Assembly: GCA_944391445.1 (NCBI GenBank)
Contig: CALXTL010000005.1
Location: forward strand, 16,768 to 80,767
Length of the DNA: 64,000 bases
Reading direction: 5' to 3'
Origin: an uncultured Alphaproteobacteria bacterium
Lineage (GTDB): Bacteria > Pseudomonadota > Alphaproteobacteria > RF32 > CAG-239
The position numbers and the translations under genes were made by a program. Each line of letters begins with the position of its first letter. The first letter of the stretch is position 1. Shown piece after piece: positions 1 through 12,252 of this stretch. Under the pieces are notes generated by a model. The model was not told the DNA's origin and searched no databases. It worked only from the letters and a program-made list of their open reading frames with translations.

Positions 1-266
1 CCGTCGCTGCCTTTCATTGTCGGCTGCGATCCGTGCCCGCCGCGTGCACCGCTGGATGTTGCCACGCCGGAGCGGATAATAATCAGATTCGAACCCATGG
101 TTTTCATTTCTTCCTGAATGGATTGCTGAGCACCATTGCCAATAGAAAGCATGATAATCACCGCTGAAACACCGATAATCACGCCCAGACTGGTCAAAAT
201 CGACCGCATCTTGTTGGCCTGAATTGCACGGATAGCTATTTTACCAATGGTCTTGATCTCAATCAT
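1..266 (-). CDS. ABC transporter permease, MacB/FtsX-like, N-terminal fragment; the gene runs off the left edge of the window
   Basis: Minus-strand translation begins [39 protein letters not shown]..., the MacB/FtsX N-terminal transmembrane helix motif. Its ATG overlaps the stop of the ATPase gene as ATGA at 263-266. Confidence 0.6.
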   Translation of the reverse strand, partial: MIEIKTIGKIAIRAIQANKMRSILTSLGVIIGVSAVIIMLSIGNGAQQSIQEEMKTMGSNLIIIRSGVATSSGARGGHGSQPTMKGSD

Positions 267-931
267 TGCTTTTCACCGTCTACAATTCGGATAATCCGCT
301 GTGCATATTTGGCAATATCTTCTTCATGCGTCACCAAAATAATCGTCCGCCCCATTTCCTGATTCAGTTTTGTAAACAAATCCATAATTTCAACACTCAT
401 TTTGGTATCCAGGTTTCCTGTCGGCTCATCGGCAAAAATAATCGGCGCATTATTGACAATTGCCCGTGCAATGGCCACACGCTGTTGTTGCCCGCCCGAA
501 AGCTGATTCGGCTGATGGTACATACGATTTTTCAACCCCACCTGTTCCAAAGCCTTTTTAGCGCGTTCTGCACGCTCAGCCTCGCCGACACCGGCATATA
601 TCATTGGCAGTTCAACATTCTCCAAAGCCGAAACCCGAGATAATAAATTAAAACCCTGAAACACGAAACCGATTTTCTGATTCCTGATCTCGGCGAGCTC
701 GTCTGAATCCATTTTATCGACTCTTTTGCCGTCAAGCAGATATTGTCCTTTGCTTGGCTTGTCCAGACACCCCAAAATATTCATCAGCGTAGACTTTCCG
801 GAGCCAGAAGGTCCCATGATTGCCACAAATTCACCGGCTTCAATCAACAGGTCAATTCCTTTAAGAATTTCCAATTCACCGCTGCCCAACGGATAACTTT
901 TATGAATATTTTTCAGCTCAATCAGACTCAT
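263..931 (-). CDS. ABC transporter ATP-binding protein, MacB/LolD-type
   Basis: Walker [10 protein letters not shown], signature [14 protein letters not shown] and Walker [13 protein letters not shown]; 222 aa. Its ATG overlaps the stop of the upstream adaptor gene. Confidence 0.9.
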   Translation of the reverse strand: MSLIELKNIHKSYPLGSGELEILKGIDLLIEAGEFVAIMGPSGSGKSTLMNILGCLDKPSKGQYLLDGKRVDKMDSDELAEIRNQKIGFVFQGFNLLSRVSALENVELPMIYAGVGEAERAERAKKALEQVGLKNRMYHQPNQLSGGQQQRVAIARAIVNNAPIIFADEPTGNLDTKMSVEIMDLFTKLNQEMGRTIILVTHEEDIAKYAQRIIRIVDGEKQ

Positions 932-2088
932 CAGCGCGGCATTCTCATTCTAAAGTTACGGGCATCTTCACCGCTCAATTTCCGTTCAACAATCACTTCG
1001 CTGGTTTCATCCACATGACCGGAAGTAATCTCGGTTTTATCTTCGTCTGAAACACCGATTGTCACGCTGACACGCTGCGGCTGACCGTTTTTCAAAACCC
1101 AGATACCGCGGTCGGCATAGCGTTTGGTATTGCCGTACTCATCTTCGATAAAGAAGCGCAAAGATTTATTCGGCACCAGCAAAACATTTTCTTTTTGAGC
1201 GGTAATAATTTCCACATTGGCGGTCATTCCGGGCTTCAGTTTGAAATCATGATTGTCAATTTCGATGATAACCTCGTAAGTCACAACGTTTGATGTTGTA
1301 ATCGGATTATTGCGCACCTGTGTAACCACGCCGTGAAAAACCTCATCAGGAAAACTGTCGACGCTGAAATCAACATTTTGCCCTTCCCTGACTTTGGCGA
1401 TATCCGCCTCCACCACCGAAGCCTCAATCTGCATTTTGGTCAGATCTTCGGCCACATTAAACAATGTCGGCGTCTGATAGCTGGCAGCCACTGTCTGCCC
1501 GACTTCCACCTCTTTGGAAATGACAATTCCGTCCACCGGCGAGACAATCCTTGTATAATGCAAATCGACCTCAGCTTGTTTCAAAGCAGCGGCGGCCTGA
1601 GATATCTGAGCTTCCTTCAGAGCCCTCTGCGCCACGGCATTATCATAATCACGCTGGGCGCTTTCCAGATCTTTGTCGGTTGAATACTTGGAAGTGTTCA
1701 GCTTTTTAATACGGTCTAAATGCTTTTTATAATAGACAATATCGTTTTTGACCACATCCAGCTCCGCCTTGGCAATATCAAGCGCCGCTTTGCGCTGGGC
1801 AACGGTTGCTTCAAACAAAGCCGGATCAATCTGCGCCAAAAGCTGTTCTTTTTTAACCAGTGTATTATAGTCGACAAAAATTTCCGAGATTGTGCCAGAT
1901 ACCTGTGTACCAATGGCAATGGTTGAACTCGGATTAATAATTCCGGAGGCGGTAATCTTTTGGATGATATCACCTTTTTCCACCTTGGCCAGCACATAAA
2001 CATCCGGCTCAGCTCCGGGTTTCAGCGCAAACCATGAAGCCCCGACCAAGACGGTTCCGATCAACAATGCTTTTTTCCAATTCTTCAT
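931..2088 (-). CDS. HlyD/MacA-family periplasmic adaptor (membrane fusion protein) of a tripartite efflux system
   Basis: N-terminal transmembrane anchor [20 protein letters not shown], coiled-coil middle region and beta-barrel C-terminus typical of MFP/HlyD proteins. The start was moved to the ATG at 2088; the ORF-track extension looks spurious. Confidence 0.8.
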   Translation of the reverse strand: MKNWKKALLIGTVLVGASWFALKPGAEPDVYVLAKVEKGDIIQKITASGIINPSSTIAIGTQVSGTISEIFVDYNTLVKKEQLLAQIDPALFEATVAQRKAALDIAKAELDVVKNDIVYYKKHLDRIKKLNTSKYSTDKDLESAQRDYDNAVAQRALKEAQISQAAAALKQAEVDLHYTRIVSPVDGIVISKEVEVGQTVAASYQTPTLFNVAEDLTKMQIEASVVEADIAKVREGQNVDFSVDSFPDEVFHGVVTQVRNNPITTSNVVTYEVIIEIDNHDFKLKPGMTANVEIITAQKENVLLVPNKSLRFFIEDEYGNTKRYADRGIWVLKNGQPQRVSVTIGVSDEDKTEITSGHVDETSEVIVERKLSGEDARNFRMRMPR

Positions 2089-2235
2089 TCTGCGCTCCTG
2101 CCCTAAAAATATGACCTTTTTCGTCAAATTTAAACATAAATGTTTAAAATATAGTTGAAAAAGAGACAAAAACAGGCTATATTAAACCTCACTGAGAAAA
2201 ATTTATATATTATTATTAACCAAAAAAATAAAGTT

Positions 2236-3024
2236 ATGACTAAACCCAAGTTAACTTATGAGCAAAACATCAGCCTCAAAGGCTTGTCGTTGGAAGAAAA
2301 GTTGAATCTTCTGCACGAGTGGAAGAAAAACGAGGAAATTGACCAGCCCGCATTTGAACATTTTTCCAATCTCTGGATCAAGAAAGAGAGTAAAAAAATC
2401 ATCAATGCCAATGCGCCGCTCCGTCGCCGCGTTAATGAAACGCTGGAAAGAAGCAATTTCTGCTGCCGCACCGTCCGGGAAGGACAAATGCAGGTTTTTA
2501 TTGATAAACTGCGCGGCAAGATCAACGACTACATTGCCAACCGTTCGAATGAAGCCCAACTGACGGACAAAGAACGCAACCTTTTTTACAAATACGTTAA
2601 AGAAAACGTTCACAGTTACCGTCTGCTTGTAAACCAGATGCTGATCCTTGGCCTGCGCTATCCTGACAAAGAACTCAACAGCTTTTGCAGCAATTTTGTT
2701 CAGGAAAACAAAAAAGGCCCGTATTTTACGGATTATCATTTCTGGGGCACACTGTGGGAAGACCCCGATTTTGTGCCATTGGACGCCATCCGTTTGATGC
2801 TGGTCAAAAAAGAAGACGGCCGCCACATCGACAACTTGTTTGCCCCAAGTTTCATTCAGAGCATCATTCCCCTGATTGAAGCTCAGCGCAACAAAGAAGT
2901 GGAGCGTCTCAAATTTGCCCAGATGCTGGAAGGCAAAGAGCGCGAAATGCAAGTCAAGCGCAAGATGGAACGCTTAAATGCGTTCAACATCCTGCTCAAA
3001 GCCGCTGAAGAGTATTGCTCATAA
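2236..3024 (+). CDS. Hypothetical protein, K/E-rich, no recognisable domain
   Basis: Long ORF with coding-like composition. The ORF-track first codon at 2155 is TTG; the first ATG is at 2236 (MTKPKLTYEQ...). Sits directly upstream of the RelA/SpoT-like ORF. Confidence 0.5.
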   Translation: MTKPKLTYEQNISLKGLSLEEKLNLLHEWKKNEEIDQPAFEHFSNLWIKKESKKIINANAPLRRRVNETLERSNFCCRTVREGQMQVFIDKLRGKINDYIANRSNEAQLTDKERNLFYKYVKENVHSYRLLVNQMLILGLRYPDKELNSFCSNFVQENKKGPYFTDYHFWGTLWEDPDFVPLDAIRLMLVKKEDGRHIDNLFAPSFIQSIIPLIEAQRNKEVERLKFAQMLEGKEREMQVKRKMERLNAFNILLKAAEEYCS

Positions 3025-3162
3025 AATCTCGGCTAAAGTCTCCAAAACCTCTCTGGTTTTGGAGACTTTTTTTGTTTTTTTCATAAAAAACTATTGATAA
3101 ACCGGTGCTTTTATGGCATATTTACAAAATGGACAAAAAACGACAAATAGGAATATCAAAAA

Positions 3163-4572
3163 ATGAATGAGAATGACTTTCAGAATATTGAAGCCAAAGA
3201 TCTTTACAATATGACATTTGAAGAAATCGATGAGATCCAAAATGCCTTAAACGCGCACAATCTTGAAACAATCGAAAAAGCTTTCCGTCAGCACCGCATC
3301 AACTATTCCGAAAGAGACTACCTGCTGGAATTTTTCCATGACGGGATGGGCGTTGAACGCGAAGTCTACCGCACCTTATACGAAACTTTTGGCCAACCCG
3401 AAAGGACCTGTTCCTATGATCCTGTCACCGGCAAAGTCGACACCGACAAAAACGGCCAAAAAATCAACTATGGCCTGAAAGTCGTTACCCCTTTCGTCAA
3501 TACGCGCTTGGAATATCGCGATAAAAACATCAACCAGATTTTTGTCATTATGCCGAAGATGAAAAAAGCCAGCCGCGCGATTGAAAAAATTGAGTCGGAA
3601 TATGGCATTGAATATCAACAGAAATACAATCAAATGCTAAACCGCCTTTTTCGCGATGAAGATCGCGACAGCTTTTGCGAGGCAATACAAGATATTCCTC
3701 AAACCACCAACAGTCTGCACGATATTTTACGGCTGACCATCACCTGCAAATATCTGACAGATGTCCAACGCATCAAACGTAAACTGGTCGAAAACAAATC
3801 TGCATCTTTCTATATTGAGCCGAACGAAATCCGCGATCGCTTCAACAAACCTCTGTCTCAAAACGAGAAAAAATATTATGACATCAAATTAATCATTCAC
3901 CACAAAATGCCCAACGGCAAAATTCTCGATGTTGAAGCTCAGTTAAAAATCAATACGCTTTATCAGGGAGATATTCTGACGCACGGAATTTATGAAGACA
4001 TCCGGGAAACCGAAGCACTTTTGGCCAAAAAAAGAGCGCAGATGGATGAATCTGAAATCCGCCAAAACGAAGCAAAAATCAAGATTCTGAACAATCGTAT
4101 TGCACAGATAAACAAAGCCTTTATTCATCAATATAATATGATTGTTCTTGACAAAGCCTACCGGATTGAAAATGACGGCTACCGTCCGCTGCGTGTCGAG
4201 CCGGAAAATGCCGACGGCACCTATAATCGCTGCCGCTCGTTTATTAATGCCGAATATATGCCGGAGTCCTATCAGCCGTTCAACGGCAAAGAAGACTTTT
4301 CGGCTGCCTCTGATCTCAACAAACTCTGCTATTTGCGGCTGATTGGCAAACTGCCGGCTGACTTTGATATGTTTGCCGACACGGCATCCAAACATATTAA
4401 TTACAAATTTTCTCGTTTGAGTTCTGCCGAAATTGAACGCTTCAATGGCATTAATGAAATTGCTATACGTTATGAAAAAGTTGTCCAAAGAAAGATCAAT
4501 GACCGCGCCAAAAGCGACCACCCGGTTGCTTACGCCGGCCTTGCCAACGCAAAATCAAACCGCAGCCTCTGA
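3163..4572 (+). CDS. Hypothetical protein with a putative RelA/SpoT-type (small alarmone synthetase-like) nucleotidyltransferase domain
   Basis: 469-aa ORF with an AGGA ribosome-binding site upstream. Three stretches resemble synthetase-domain motifs: MPKMKKASRAIEKI (cf. GRVKxxxSIxxK), LHDILRLTIT (cf. DhhGhRhh) and PNGKILDVEAQLKINTL...THGIYEDIRE (cf. P.G..hEVQIRT..MH...AAHW.YKE). Followed by a bidirectional terminator. Confidence 0.55.
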   Translation: MNENDFQNIEAKDLYNMTFEEIDEIQNALNAHNLETIEKAFRQHRINYSERDYLLEFFHDGMGVEREVYRTLYETFGQPERTCSYDPVTGKVDTDKNGQKINYGLKVVTPFVNTRLEYRDKNINQIFVIMPKMKKASRAIEKIESEYGIEYQQKYNQMLNRLFRDEDRDSFCEAIQDIPQTTNSLHDILRLTITCKYLTDVQRIKRKLVENKSASFYIEPNEIRDRFNKPLSQNEKKYYDIKLIIHHKMPNGKILDVEAQLKINTLYQGDILTHGIYEDIRETEALLAKKRAQMDESEIRQNEAKIKILNNRIAQINKAFIHQYNMIVLDKAYRIENDGYRPLRVEPENADGTYNRCRSFINAEYMPESYQPFNGKEDFSAASDLNKLCYLRLIGKLPADFDMFADTASKHINYKFSRLSSAEIERFNGINEIAIRYEKVVQRKINDRAKSDHPVAYAGLANAKSNRSL

Positions 4573-4573
4573 A

Positions 4574-4609
4574 CAAAAAATCCGCCTTCTCTGTAAAGGC
4601 GGATTTTTT
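4574..4609. terminator. Bidirectional rho-independent terminator between the hypothetical gene and atpC
   Basis: Hairpin atccgcc...ggcggat with a 6-nt A-run upstream and a 5-nt T-run downstream. Confidence 0.6.
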
Positions 4610-4616
4610 AACCATC

Positions 4617-5102
4617 TTATGCGCTAACAGAACTCTCCTCCGTTGCCGGGTCTTCCGGAGAATGCGGTTTATTTAAAACAATTTTACCATCTTTTCGGCG
4701 GGAAAAAATATTCAGCGTCCGCAAATAGCGTTTGCGGCTGCCCACCAGATAATTAACAATCATCTTATAAAACAAGCGCTCGCACTCATCCTCGGCCGTT
4801 GCCATTTTATCTTTGGCCTGCGCAATATTAATTTCTTCATAAGGAAGAATATTCTGCGTCATCACCCGGCATTTATTCTGAGCAATATCAGCCACGCCCG
4901 AATAGATAAAAAAACGCTTTACGGCTTCGCCTTTCGCATTCAAGATTTGCAACAGACCATAATCCAGCACAAACACACTCGGAGCCCGCTCCGGCAGGAT
5001 CTCAACATCGGCGCGCACGGCAGGCAAAATCGCAGCCGACACCTTTCCCTGCCAAAACGTTCGCATCGGCAGCTCTATGCTTAAATCAAATTCGTTGCTC
5101 AT
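4617..5102 (-). CDS. atpC: F0F1 ATP synthase subunit epsilon
   Basis: Last gene of the atpHAGDC operon; N-terminal beta-sandwich segment characteristic of epsilon subunits (FDLSIELP...VSAAILP...GEAV); 161 aa. Confidence 0.8.
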   Translation of the reverse strand: MSNEFDLSIELPMRTFWQGKVSAAILPAVRADVEILPERAPSVFVLDYGLLQILNAKGEAVKRFFIYSGVADIAQNKCRVMTQNILPYEEINIAQAKDKMATAEDECERLFYKMIVNYLVGSRKRYLRTLNIFSRRKDGKIVLNKPHSPEDPATEESSVSA

Positions 5103-5128
5103 TTTTTTCTCCGTTCCGAAAAACCGGC

Positions 5129-6715
<1,587 letters not shown>

Positions 6716-6748
6716 CTATATCGTCAGTGCAACTCGTTGCAAAAATAA

Positions 6749-7660
6749 TTACAGAGCCTCAGCTCCGGATATAATTTCAATCAGTTCCGTCGTAATCGCA
6801 TTTTGCCGCAGACGATTGTATTTCAGTGTCAGTTTCGAAATCATCTCTTTGGCATTTCTGGTTGCGTTATCCATTGAGGTCATTCGCGCACCGTGCTCTG
6901 ACGCCTGCGCATTGAGCAGATCCTGAAACAAAACCGCCGTCACCAGCAGTAATAACAAATCCATCAGCACAACATCTTTCGGCGCGTCATAGTCATAAAA
7001 CGCCGCGTCGGCTGTCAACGCATAACGAGGGTCCGAGGTATCCAGCGCCAAAGGAATAAATTGTTGCAGCCGGACTTCTCTGCTGACAGCCGAGGAAAAA
7101 TGCGTATAAATCACTTCACAAACATCAAATTGCTTGTCTGTATAAGCATTGAGCAATTGCTCGGCAATTTCGCGCAGCTCCCGATAATCGGCGCCTTTGG
7201 CGGCAACTCCGCTTCGGACATCCATGTCCAGATCATCAAACCGGCGGCGTAAACTGTCGGCCACTTTTTTACCAATAGCCAAAACCCGGACAATTTTGCC
7301 CACCCGGCGCAACTCCCGGATTCGCCGAACAGCTTCGCGTAAGACATAAGCATTATAGCTGCCGCACAAACCACGGTCAGATGAAAAAACAACCAAGCGG
7401 TACACTTGGGCATCTTCGCGCAGCGGTTGCACAATCCGCGGGAAAAAATAATCAGCCTTACCCGCGGTCTGTTCCTGCAGCATATCTTTCAGCAGCCGTC
7501 CGGTAACCGTCTGCAGATTTTCATAATAAACCTGCGAATGAGCAAGCGTCTCCTGAGCCCGGCGCAATCGGGCCGCTGCCACCATTTTCATGGCGGAAGT
7601 AATCTTCTGCGTCGATTTAATACTGCCGATTCTGGTTCGTAACTCTTTTAAGCTTGCCAT
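6749..7660 (-). CDS. atpG: F0F1 ATP synthase subunit gamma
   Basis: Lies between atpA and atpD. Conserved N-terminus MASLKELRTRIGSIKSTQKITSAMKMVAAARLRRAQE and C-terminal helix. Confidence 0.95.
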   Translation of the reverse strand: MASLKELRTRIGSIKSTQKITSAMKMVAAARLRRAQETLAHSQVYYENLQTVTGRLLKDMLQEQTAGKADYFFPRIVQPLREDAQVYRLVVFSSDRGLCGSYNAYVLREAVRRIRELRRVGKIVRVLAIGKKVADSLRRRFDDLDMDVRSGVAAKGADYRELREIAEQLLNAYTDKQFDVCEVIYTHFSSAVSREVRLQQFIPLALDTSDPRYALTADAAFYDYDAPKDVVLMDLLLLLVTAVLFQDLLNAQASEHGARMTSMDNATRNAKEMISKLTLKYNRLRQNAITTELIEIISGAEAL

Positions 7661-7664
7661 TGCT

Positions 7665-9224
7665 TTATGCCGCCTTTTCTACTGTCTCGCAAAACTGTCG
7701 GGAAAAGTTTTTGTAAAACTCGGCCAATTTTGCTTCCAACTCATCGGAAATCACTTTTTTCTCTTCAATTTCAGCCAGAAATTCCGGATGATTGGCGCGC
7801 ATATCACTCAGAGCTTTTTCTTCAAAAGCACGCACCTGATCCAGCGGCAAATTATCCAGATACCCTCTGACACCGGCATAAATAGCGGCCACTTCCTCGG
7901 CCACAGGCATCGGACGGTACTGCGGCTGCTTAAGCATCTCTGTCAAGCGCGCACCGCGAGCAAGCAAGTTTTTGGTTGCCTGATCCAGATCAGAAGCAAA
8001 CTGTGCAAATGAAGCCATTTCACGATATTGCGCCAAATCAAGCTTCATTGTACCGGCCACTTGTTTCATAGCCTTAATCTGCGCGGCAGACCCTACGCGC
8101 GAAACCGAGATACCGACATTCACGGCCGGACGGATTCCCTGATAGAACAAACCTGTCTCCAAAAAAATCTGCCCATCGGTAATCGAAATAACATTGGTCG
8201 GAATATAAGCAGAAACATCACCGGCCTGCGTTTCGATCACCGGCAACGCCGTCAGCGAACCGGCACCTTTATCATCACTCATCTTCGCCGCACGTTCCAA
8301 CAAACGTGAATGCAGATAAAACACATCGCCCGGATAAGCCTCGCGCCCTGGCGGACGGCGCAACAGCAACGACATTTGTCGATAAGCCGTGGCTTGTTTA
8401 GACAAGTCATCATAAAAAATAACCGCATGCATACCATTGTCGCGGAAAAACTCACCCATCGCGCAGCCCGAATAAGGTGCAATATACTGCATCGGTGCCG
8501 GGTCAGAAGCGGTTGCCGCCACCACAATCGTATAATCAAGCGCACCATAATCTTTCAAAGTTTTGACAACCTGCGCCACCGTCGAACGTTTTTGTCCGAC
8601 CGCCACATAGACACAGTACAGTTTCTCTTTTTCGGACTTTGCCGCATCATTAATTCTCTTTTGATTGATAATGGTATCAAGAATAATGGCGGTTTTCCCG
8701 GTCTGGCGGTCACCGATAATCAACTCGCGCTGGCCGCGCCCGATCGGGATCAGAGAATCAACAATTTTCAGCCCTGTCTGCATCGGCTCATGCACCGAAC
8801 GCCGCGGAATAATCCCTGGAGCTTTCACTTCCGAGCGGCTGAATTCTTTTGCTTTTACCGGCCCCAAACCGTCAATCGGCGCGCCCAAAGCATCGACCAC
8901 ACGACCGAGCAGTTCTTTACCCACCGGCACATTCACAATCTGATCAGTGCGTCTGACAGTATCGCCTTCTTTAATTTTTTCATCGGCGCCGAAAATAACC
9001 ACACCGACATTATCTTCCTCCAAGTTCAGCGCCATTCCTTTGACACCGCTTTCAAACTCAACCAGTTCGCCGGACTGCACCTTGTCTAATCCGTAAACAC
9101 GGGCAATGCCGTCACCGACAGACAAAACCTGACCGACCTGCGCCACATCGGCGCCGATATCGGAATGAGCGATTTTATCCTTGATAATGGAAGATATTTC
9201 ACTGGCAGATACCGACATTCTCAT
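7665..9224 (-). CDS. atpA: F0F1 ATP synthase subunit alpha
   Basis: GDRQTGKT P-loop and full-length alpha-subunit similarity; overlaps atpH by 4 nt. Confidence 0.97.
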   Translation of the reverse strand: MRMSVSASEISSIIKDKIAHSDIGADVAQVGQVLSVGDGIARVYGLDKVQSGELVEFESGVKGMALNLEEDNVGVVIFGADEKIKEGDTVRRTDQIVNVPVGKELLGRVVDALGAPIDGLGPVKAKEFSRSEVKAPGIIPRRSVHEPMQTGLKIVDSLIPIGRGQRELIIGDRQTGKTAIILDTIINQKRINDAAKSEKEKLYCVYVAVGQKRSTVAQVVKTLKDYGALDYTIVVAATASDPAPMQYIAPYSGCAMGEFFRDNGMHAVIFYDDLSKQATAYRQMSLLLRRPPGREAYPGDVFYLHSRLLERAAKMSDDKGAGSLTALPVIETQAGDVSAYIPTNVISITDGQIFLETGLFYQGIRPAVNVGISVSRVGSAAQIKAMKQVAGTMKLDLAQYREMASFAQFASDLDQATKNLLARGARLTEMLKQPQYRPMPVAEEVAAIYAGVRGYLDNLPLDQVRAFEEKALSDMRANHPEFLAEIEEKKVISDELEAKLAEFYKNFSRQFCETVEKAA

Positions 9225-9772
9225 TCACCTTTCATCATAATTTCCAAACGATTCAATTTGCGGGCCAACGTATCGTCAATCATATCCGATCCGAACCGGA
9301 CACGCAGTCCGCCCAAAATATCCGGCTTAATGGCATATGTCACCACCGTTTTCCGGCCAAGCAGCTTTTCCAAAGCTTCTTTAAGTTTTTTGTCTTGCTC
9401 GACCGATAAAGATTTGACGCTGTCAACCTCAACTTCGGCTATATTGTTTTTTTGATAGTACAAATGTTCAAAAGACTTCAAAATCTGTGGCAATTCCGCA
9501 AAGCGCCCGTTTTCCAGCACAATATTCAGACAGCGTTGCGTTTCTCTGTCAAGCTTTGCTTTTTGAGCCACGTCAACCAATAAAGAAATTTTATCTTTGT
9601 CACTGTGCAGCGGATTAGCCATATAAGCAATAAACTGAGGCTCTTTTTCCAATGCTTTTGCCAGTTTTTGCACATCCTCAAAAACCTTGTCCGAGCAATC
9701 TTGTTCAAGAGCTGCCTGATACAAGGCCGTTGCATAAGTTGTCGCGATTTTGGCTTTGGAAATTTTTTTCAC
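9221..9772 (-). CDS. atpH: F0F1 ATP synthase subunit delta (OSCP)
   Basis: Position 5' of atpA; the [12 protein letters not shown] motif matches the OSCP N-terminus. First codon is GTG. Confidence 0.85.
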   Translation of the reverse strand: MKKISKAKIATTYATALYQAALEQDCSDKVFEDVQKLAKALEKEPQFIAYMANPLHSDKDKISLLVDVAQKAKLDRETQRCLNIVLENGRFAELPQILKSFEHLYYQKNNIAEVEVDSVKSLSVEQDKKLKEALEKLLGRKTVVTYAIKPDILGGLRVRFGSDMIDDTLARKLNRLEIMMKGE

Positions 9773-9915
9773 GTCTTTAACTCTGTTGTCTTTTAATTGG
9801 CCTTATCTTAGTCGCCAATAGTTTCAAATTTCTTAATAATAATAGTTCGTTGTTTAAAAATAAAAAGGATTTTTGCAAACTTACCGACAAAAAAACGGCA
9901 GCTCAAACTATCTTC

Positions 9916-12189
9916 TCAATAAAAAGAATATGGATCAATATCAATTTCAACCCGCACGGTCCCAGGAATTTTGAACCGCTGCAGCCATTGCCGCACAACT
10001 TCTTGAATTTTGATGTTTTTTGCTGTTTTCAGCAGCAGACGATAACGATATTTTCCGCGCAGCATAAAGATCGGCGCCGGAGCCGGCCCAAGGGTCGACA
10101 TACCGTTTCCATTTGGAGCACACTGTCCCAGATGCAAAGCTGTTTTCTCAACTTCCTCTTGTTTGGCGCCGGAAACAATCACCGCGGCCAACCTGCCAAA
10201 CGGCGGCATTTTCAAAATTTGTCTTGTCTTTTTTTCCAGACCCAAAAATTTTTCGGCATCATGCGCAACCAACGCCTGCAAAACGGCATTCTCAGGATAA
10301 AGCGTCTGCAGATAAACGCTTCCTTTTTTGTGCCCTCTGCCGGCACGTCCGGAAACTTGCGACAAAAGTTGGAATGTCCGTTCGCTGGCACGCAAGTCGC
10401 TGCCCATCAGCCCCAGATCGGCATCAACGATTCCCACCAAAGTCAGTGCCGGAAAATGATGCCCTTTGGCCAAAATCTGCGTACCGATAAGGATGTCGAT
10501 TTCTCCCTTTTCCATTTCTTTGACAACCGCAGAAATCTCTTTAAAATTTGTAGTAAAATCGCTGGACAGAACTTTCGTTTTGGCCAATGGGAAACGATAT
10601 CGGATTTCTTCGGCCACACGTTCGACACCGGGGCCGCAGGCCGTTAACCCTGTCTCGGAATGACATTCCGGACATTCTTTGGGAATGGGAATCATATGAC
10701 CGCAATGATGACAAATCAGCTTGCCGGCGGCACGATGTTCAGTCAACCAGGCCGTGCAGTTCGGACACTGAATACGGTGACCGCAATCGCGGCAGATAAC
10801 CAGCGGTGCATAACCGCGCCGATTTAAAAACAGCATGGTTTGCTCGCCTTTGTCCAGATTCGCTTTAATCTGTTCGACCAAAGTCGGCGCCAGCCACGAG
10901 ACACCCCATGATCCGCGCAGCGGTTTGTCCGCTTTAAGATCAATAATTTTAATTTCAGGCAAAACCGCTTCGGCATAACGGCTTGTCAGGCGCAACTCGT
11001 CATATTTGCCCTCTTCGACATTAACCACCGTTTCCAAGTCCGGTGTGGCCGTTGACAGAATAACCGGAATTTGTTCATACTTCCCGCGCATAACCGCCAT
11101 ATCGCGCCCTTGATAATTCACCACATCTTCCTGTTTGAACGACTGATCATGACTTTCATCAACCACAATCAGTCCCAGATTGGCATAAGGCAAAAATAAA
11201 GCCGACCGGGCACCGATAATCACTTTTGCTTCGCCTCGGATAACCGCTTTCCAGGTGTCTACACGTTCACTGTTTCCCAAAGCGGAATGCCATTTGGCCG
11301 GTCGGACGCCAAAGCGCTTCTCAAAGCGGTCAAGCCATTGTGACGTCAGCCCGATTTCCGGCACCATGATCAAAACCTGGCGCCCCTGGCGCAACGCCTC
11401 GGCCACGGCCTCAAAATAGACTTCAGTTTTTCCGGATCCGGTAACGCCGTTCAACAGGCTGACCCGGAATCCGTGCCCGATTTTGCGGACAAGAGCGTCT
11501 GCTGCCGCTTGTTGTTCAGAAGTCAGTTTAACATTTTGAAAACAGGGATCCGGCTCTGCAAACAGCCGCTTGTTTTCCACCAAAACCGGGCGTAAAACTG
11601 CCGCTTCAATCATCACTTTGATCACGCTCTGGCTAACCCCCGCTCCCGCGGCAATTTCCTGACGGTTAAACGGCGCAAATTTCAAAAAATCCATCACCCG
11701 CCAGCGGGCATCGGAATTTTTGAGCTTGGCCTCTGCCAGTGTCTTTCCGGACAATTCGTACAACACGCTCATTTTCGGATGTTCAAACACCTGGCGCACG
11801 CTCAAAACCATACGCAAAACCAGACCCGTATAAGCCATATTATAAGCGGCGACGAATTCAATAAATTTCATCAATTCAGGATGTAACGGCGGGAAATTGA
11901 TTCTTTCCATGATCGGCTTGATCTTATGTATTTCCAGCTTGCTGCTTCGCCCTTTTTTCCAGACCACGCCGACATGCGCCTCGCGGCCAAACGGCACACG
12001 GACAATCTCACCGATTTCAACATCCTCATCGGTCTGATAATCAAACGGTTCATTAAACGGTAATGGCAGCAAAACACCAATAATCACATGTTTTCTCCTC
12101 GGCTGCACATCATACCAGTTCTTATTCCAAAAGCAAATAAGGCCCTGGCGACAATCCCCAAAAAAAATATTTTGTTCTTTCAAGGCCAT
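9916..12189 (-). CDS. priA: Primosomal protein N' (replication restart helicase PriA)
   Basis: Walker A GVTGSGKT, DExH box and the double Cys4 zinc-binding insert (CRDCGHRIQCPNC...CHHCG...CPEC). An in-frame GTG at 12108 would give an N-terminus (MQPRRKHVIIGVLLPLPF) closer to other PriA proteins, so the start is ambiguous. Confidence 0.9.
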   Translation of the reverse strand: MALKEQNIFFGDCRQGLICFWNKNWYDVQPRRKHVIIGVLLPLPFNEPFDYQTDEDVEIGEIVRVPFGREAHVGVVWKKGRSSKLEIHKIKPIMERINFPPLHPELMKFIEFVAAYNMAYTGLVLRMVLSVRQVFEHPKMSVLYELSGKTLAEAKLKNSDARWRVMDFLKFAPFNRQEIAAGAGVSQSVIKVMIEAAVLRPVLVENKRLFAEPDPCFQNVKLTSEQQAAADALVRKIGHGFRVSLLNGVTGSGKTEVYFEAVAEALRQGRQVLIMVPEIGLTSQWLDRFEKRFGVRPAKWHSALGNSERVDTWKAVIRGEAKVIIGARSALFLPYANLGLIVVDESHDQSFKQEDVVNYQGRDMAVMRGKYEQIPVILSTATPDLETVVNVEEGKYDELRLTSRYAEAVLPEIKIIDLKADKPLRGSWGVSWLAPTLVEQIKANLDKGEQTMLFLNRRGYAPLVICRDCGHRIQCPNCTAWLTEHRAAGKLICHHCGHMIPIPKECPECHSETGLTACGPGVERVAEEIRYRFPLAKTKVLSSDFTTNFKEISAVVKEMEKGEIDILIGTQILAKGHHFPALTLVGIVDADLGLMGSDLRASERTFQLLSQVSGRAGRGHKKGSVYLQTLYPENAVLQALVAHDAEKFLGLEKKTRQILKMPPFGRLAAVIVSGAKQEEVEKTALHLGQCAPNGNGMSTLGPAPAPIFMLRGKYRYRLLLKTAKNIKIQEVVRQWLQRFKIPGTVRVEIDIDPYSFY

Positions 12190-12252
12190 GAATCCACATA
12201 CTGATTCTTTTGTTTATAAATTTTGTCAATCTTTTATTAAGATGACGGTGCT

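Noticed and set aside
8310-9089. 259-aa plus-strand ORF entirely inside atpA, with similar antisense ORFs inside atpD (5966-6748), atpG and priA
   Set aside because: These are shadow ORFs antisense to strongly conserved, confidently identified genes. They have no ribosome-binding sites and a low-complexity, Arg- and His-rich composition typical of the wrong frame.
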